From Sphagnum compactum (Eukaryota), in contig OZ234493.1 in the NCBI GenBank assembly GCA_965153455.1, positions 28,200,213 through 28,264,212 on the forward strand: a stretch of DNA of 64,000 nt, read 5' to 3'. This document shows, piece by piece, positions 61,500 to 64,000 of the stretch; the first letter of the stretch is position 1; the number at the start of each line of letters is the position of its first letter. The translations under genes were made by a program, and so were the position numbers. The notes under the pieces are model-generated. The model was not told the DNA's origin, did not search any database, and saw nothing but the letters and a program-made list of their open reading frames with translations.

Positions 61500-63680
61500 A
61501 ACTCACCATCTTTTGTTTTTAGCAAGCACCATCACATACATCTGTGTATTGTCCACCTGTCTTTGATGCCATCACCTCTTGAACCACAGTATCTGATGTG
61601 ATGTCAACTGCTATCTCAAAGCTTCTGTCTGATGTAGAAACCTCAGGAGTCAAGAGTCGGTAGCATGCCTGTAAACACTGCAATTATTGGCTAATGCTGA
61701 GTTTTGGCAGGCTTCATCTGTGTGTTGTTAAATGTGGTTCCATTCATGTATACAGGGCTTTCCTCACAGAGTGTGCCATTAAAAAGAGCTAGCTCCTGAA
61801 GCTGGGCCTTCTTTACTGGAGGTCAAATATCTTATCATGAAAGTGCAAATTTGACCATCCTCGGGTTATGCCCTGCTAAATATAGCATCAAACACCTTAT
61901 GAATTTCACCTTGCATTGGACTCTCCGAGCCATGCAATTGGTCACCAAAGTTGTCTGTCAACACCCGCATTTTTCATTGCAAACTCACACCTATGCACCA
62001 CAGAACAAATTCTCTACTGAACAGCTACAGGAAGATGTTGCGTTCAACTATAGCACAGGTTTCAGAAGCTCCTGGAGAATCTCATGAGCAAGAGTTATGT
62101 TTGCAGGCAGTTCAACCTCCACCAATACATGAAGTCGCGGCTCATTCAAGTGCTCAAAACCAGGCTTGTCTCTCATCTTTTCTTCCTATAGAACACAGAA
62201 ATCTGAATCTGAGTTTTCCTCCACAGGGATGTGTCTGTCAAAATGCATTTCCAGTAACCAAATGGAATCTATAACATAGCCATGGTTGGAGAACTGACCT
62301 TGGCAGTATCTTTGATTGAACCTCAACCATGCACAAAACCCTGCAGCCAGTTGCTGCCTCTACTTGTTTCAGTGAGTTTCCATGTGGCCCACAAAGTTAA
62401 ACTGCAAGATCCAAAAGTTGCTTGTCAGTGTCATTGTCAGGACAGGGTACAAACAGTGGGCTGTTTCCCTCTTTTCTTCAAGGTACAGCACTGGCAAGCC
62501 CTCTTGCTCTGGTACAGGCCTCCATGTAGACCATGCATGCACATCTATAACAAATCCAACCATGTGAGATGCAGGATCACGTGAGGAAAATGCCAGACTC
62601 CAGCTCCTAGCCATCAAGGAATACTCTGGTAAGCAAGCTCCTAGCTAATACTAGTCACACAACACTACCGAAAGGGTGTATGGACTGCTACATACATCCA
62701 CTTACTTATTAACAGGGACTTCAATGCATTGTGTTCATTTCACTATTGTCCCTGCTGCAGTCCCAGGGGAGGTCCACACTGACCTGCATGAGGTATTGCA
62801 ACCCTCTTCCTCCCACAGGAACAAATGAAAAGGATATCAGTACTTTATTTTTTGCAAACCAGCAACACAAGGTAAGGTCTGATTGAGTCATCTCCAGGCA
62901 TTGGATGGGGGAGATAAGGCAAAGAGTCATTGGACAAGGCAAAGTGGCCTGGGAAGGATGGAGACAAGAAATTATACATCAATCCAGCCATTAATATATC
63001 TCCTGAAGATCCATTATTCATGTGTGTCAGATGACAGAGGGCTCCTGTGCTCAAGTCCATCCTGGTCCAGAAATGAGGAGCTTCCCACAAGTGCCGTCAC
63101 TTGCACCATCTCTGTGTTAGGCATGACAGAGCACCATATAAGAACAGGCATCTCATAGAAAGTATTCAAAGCCAGATGAAGGAAGCAACAAGAATGATTC
63201 CACATACGATCTTCGCCAATTCCCATGATTTTTTAGCAGATTTTTTGGGACTGACTGGACAAGGACCTGAAGAATTTCGCATTATTGGTCACATCCAGTC
63301 TGAATGAGGTTCCTCCTTAAACTAGAGGACACATTGACATCACAGCTTGCTTTAGCTAAAAGACACATACATGCTGTTTACCAATCGACATATTGCATTA
63401 TCCTCTTCAATCACAGATCGTGCAATCACACAAATGCACTGATGCCTTACCCTGGTTTAACATACAACCGTGGGCTACAATTGGGCAGAACTTGCATAAA
63501 AAGACCCAATATTTTGCCTACTCTGCCAACAAGTAAGGAAAGATACCTGTAAAGAAGCTTCCAAACTGAAAGTGTAGGACCCCTCTCAAGGTGCCTGGAC
63601 ACCCACTTAGTATCTGTGTTGCAGGCTTCCACAAATTCCTTGATAAGGGAAGTAATGCTCTGGAGTAACATGTAAAGTTT
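61500..63680 (-). pseudogene. Probable pseudogene of U11/U12 snRNP 48 kDa protein (SNRNP48 / U11-48K)
   Basis: Collinear frameshifted fragments resemble plant U11-48K blocks as remembered: LQSITSLIKEFVEAC (N-terminal helix), PCPVSP (first Cys of the CHHC finger), W....SPYTLSVV (WRDFPSSYS..VL), IL...GFVIDV (WILVNS..YGVIID), MEAC (KEAC), LYPVL...WILQF/LCGPHG (CPV....WL.SQL..LYG..NG). Multiple in-frame stops. Downstream exon-like remnants may extend to about 57200. Confidence 0.5.
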
Positions 63681-64000
63681 ATATTGCATCTTTAACAATG
63701 AGAAACACCAATCCCACAGTTCTCAAGGTTTTAAACCCCTTACTGCACATAATCAAGAACCTCAAAACACAAGGAATCATGGCTACCTACTCCATGCTGT
63801 TCACAAAATACACTTCCCTCTTGATTTCCACCGGTCATATGCGTATTGTGGAACAACAACTGAAAACAAGCACACACAATGGACATTGCAATCTGATCTA
63901 ATGCATCAACTAACCTCACTTGGATTGGGCCCTAGTTCAATAGTCAAGAAGCAGCACGCAGGTGGGGGCTCCACCAGTCACCGTTAGCCTGCGGGTGGGA

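Overview
AT-rich, repeat-littered eukaryotic nuclear DNA from a land plant, most likely a moss (Sphagnum-like; inferred from the repeat content and gene types). Four intact spliced genes, all on the minus strand, could be reconstructed by hand: (1) a 362-aa RNI-like LRR protein with an N-terminal BC-box/cullin-box-like motif (14392-12142, 6 exons); (2) a PP2A B' (B56) regulatory subunit (19097-16982, 535 aa); (3) a TVP23/ECHIDNA Golgi membrane protein (26151-24177, 178 aa, first coding exon is the ATG alone); (4) a MUSTACHES/At4g36180-type LRR receptor-like kinase with a non-canonical kinase domain (39119-35422, 1143 aa). Near the right end is a heavily degraded sequence that appears to be a pseudogene of the minor-spliceosome protein U11-48K (SNRNP48). 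The rest is transposon debris: a solo LTR with a perfect 5-bp TSD, Copia pol + PPT + 3' LTR, a Copia gag relic, a hAT transposase relic, an unclassified DDE transposase relic, Tourist-like MITEs, a ~1 kb minisatellite, local tandem duplications, and several palindromes/inverted repeats. There is no evidence for CRISPR arrays, rRNA or intact tRNA genes. Family assignments come from remembered motifs, not database searches.
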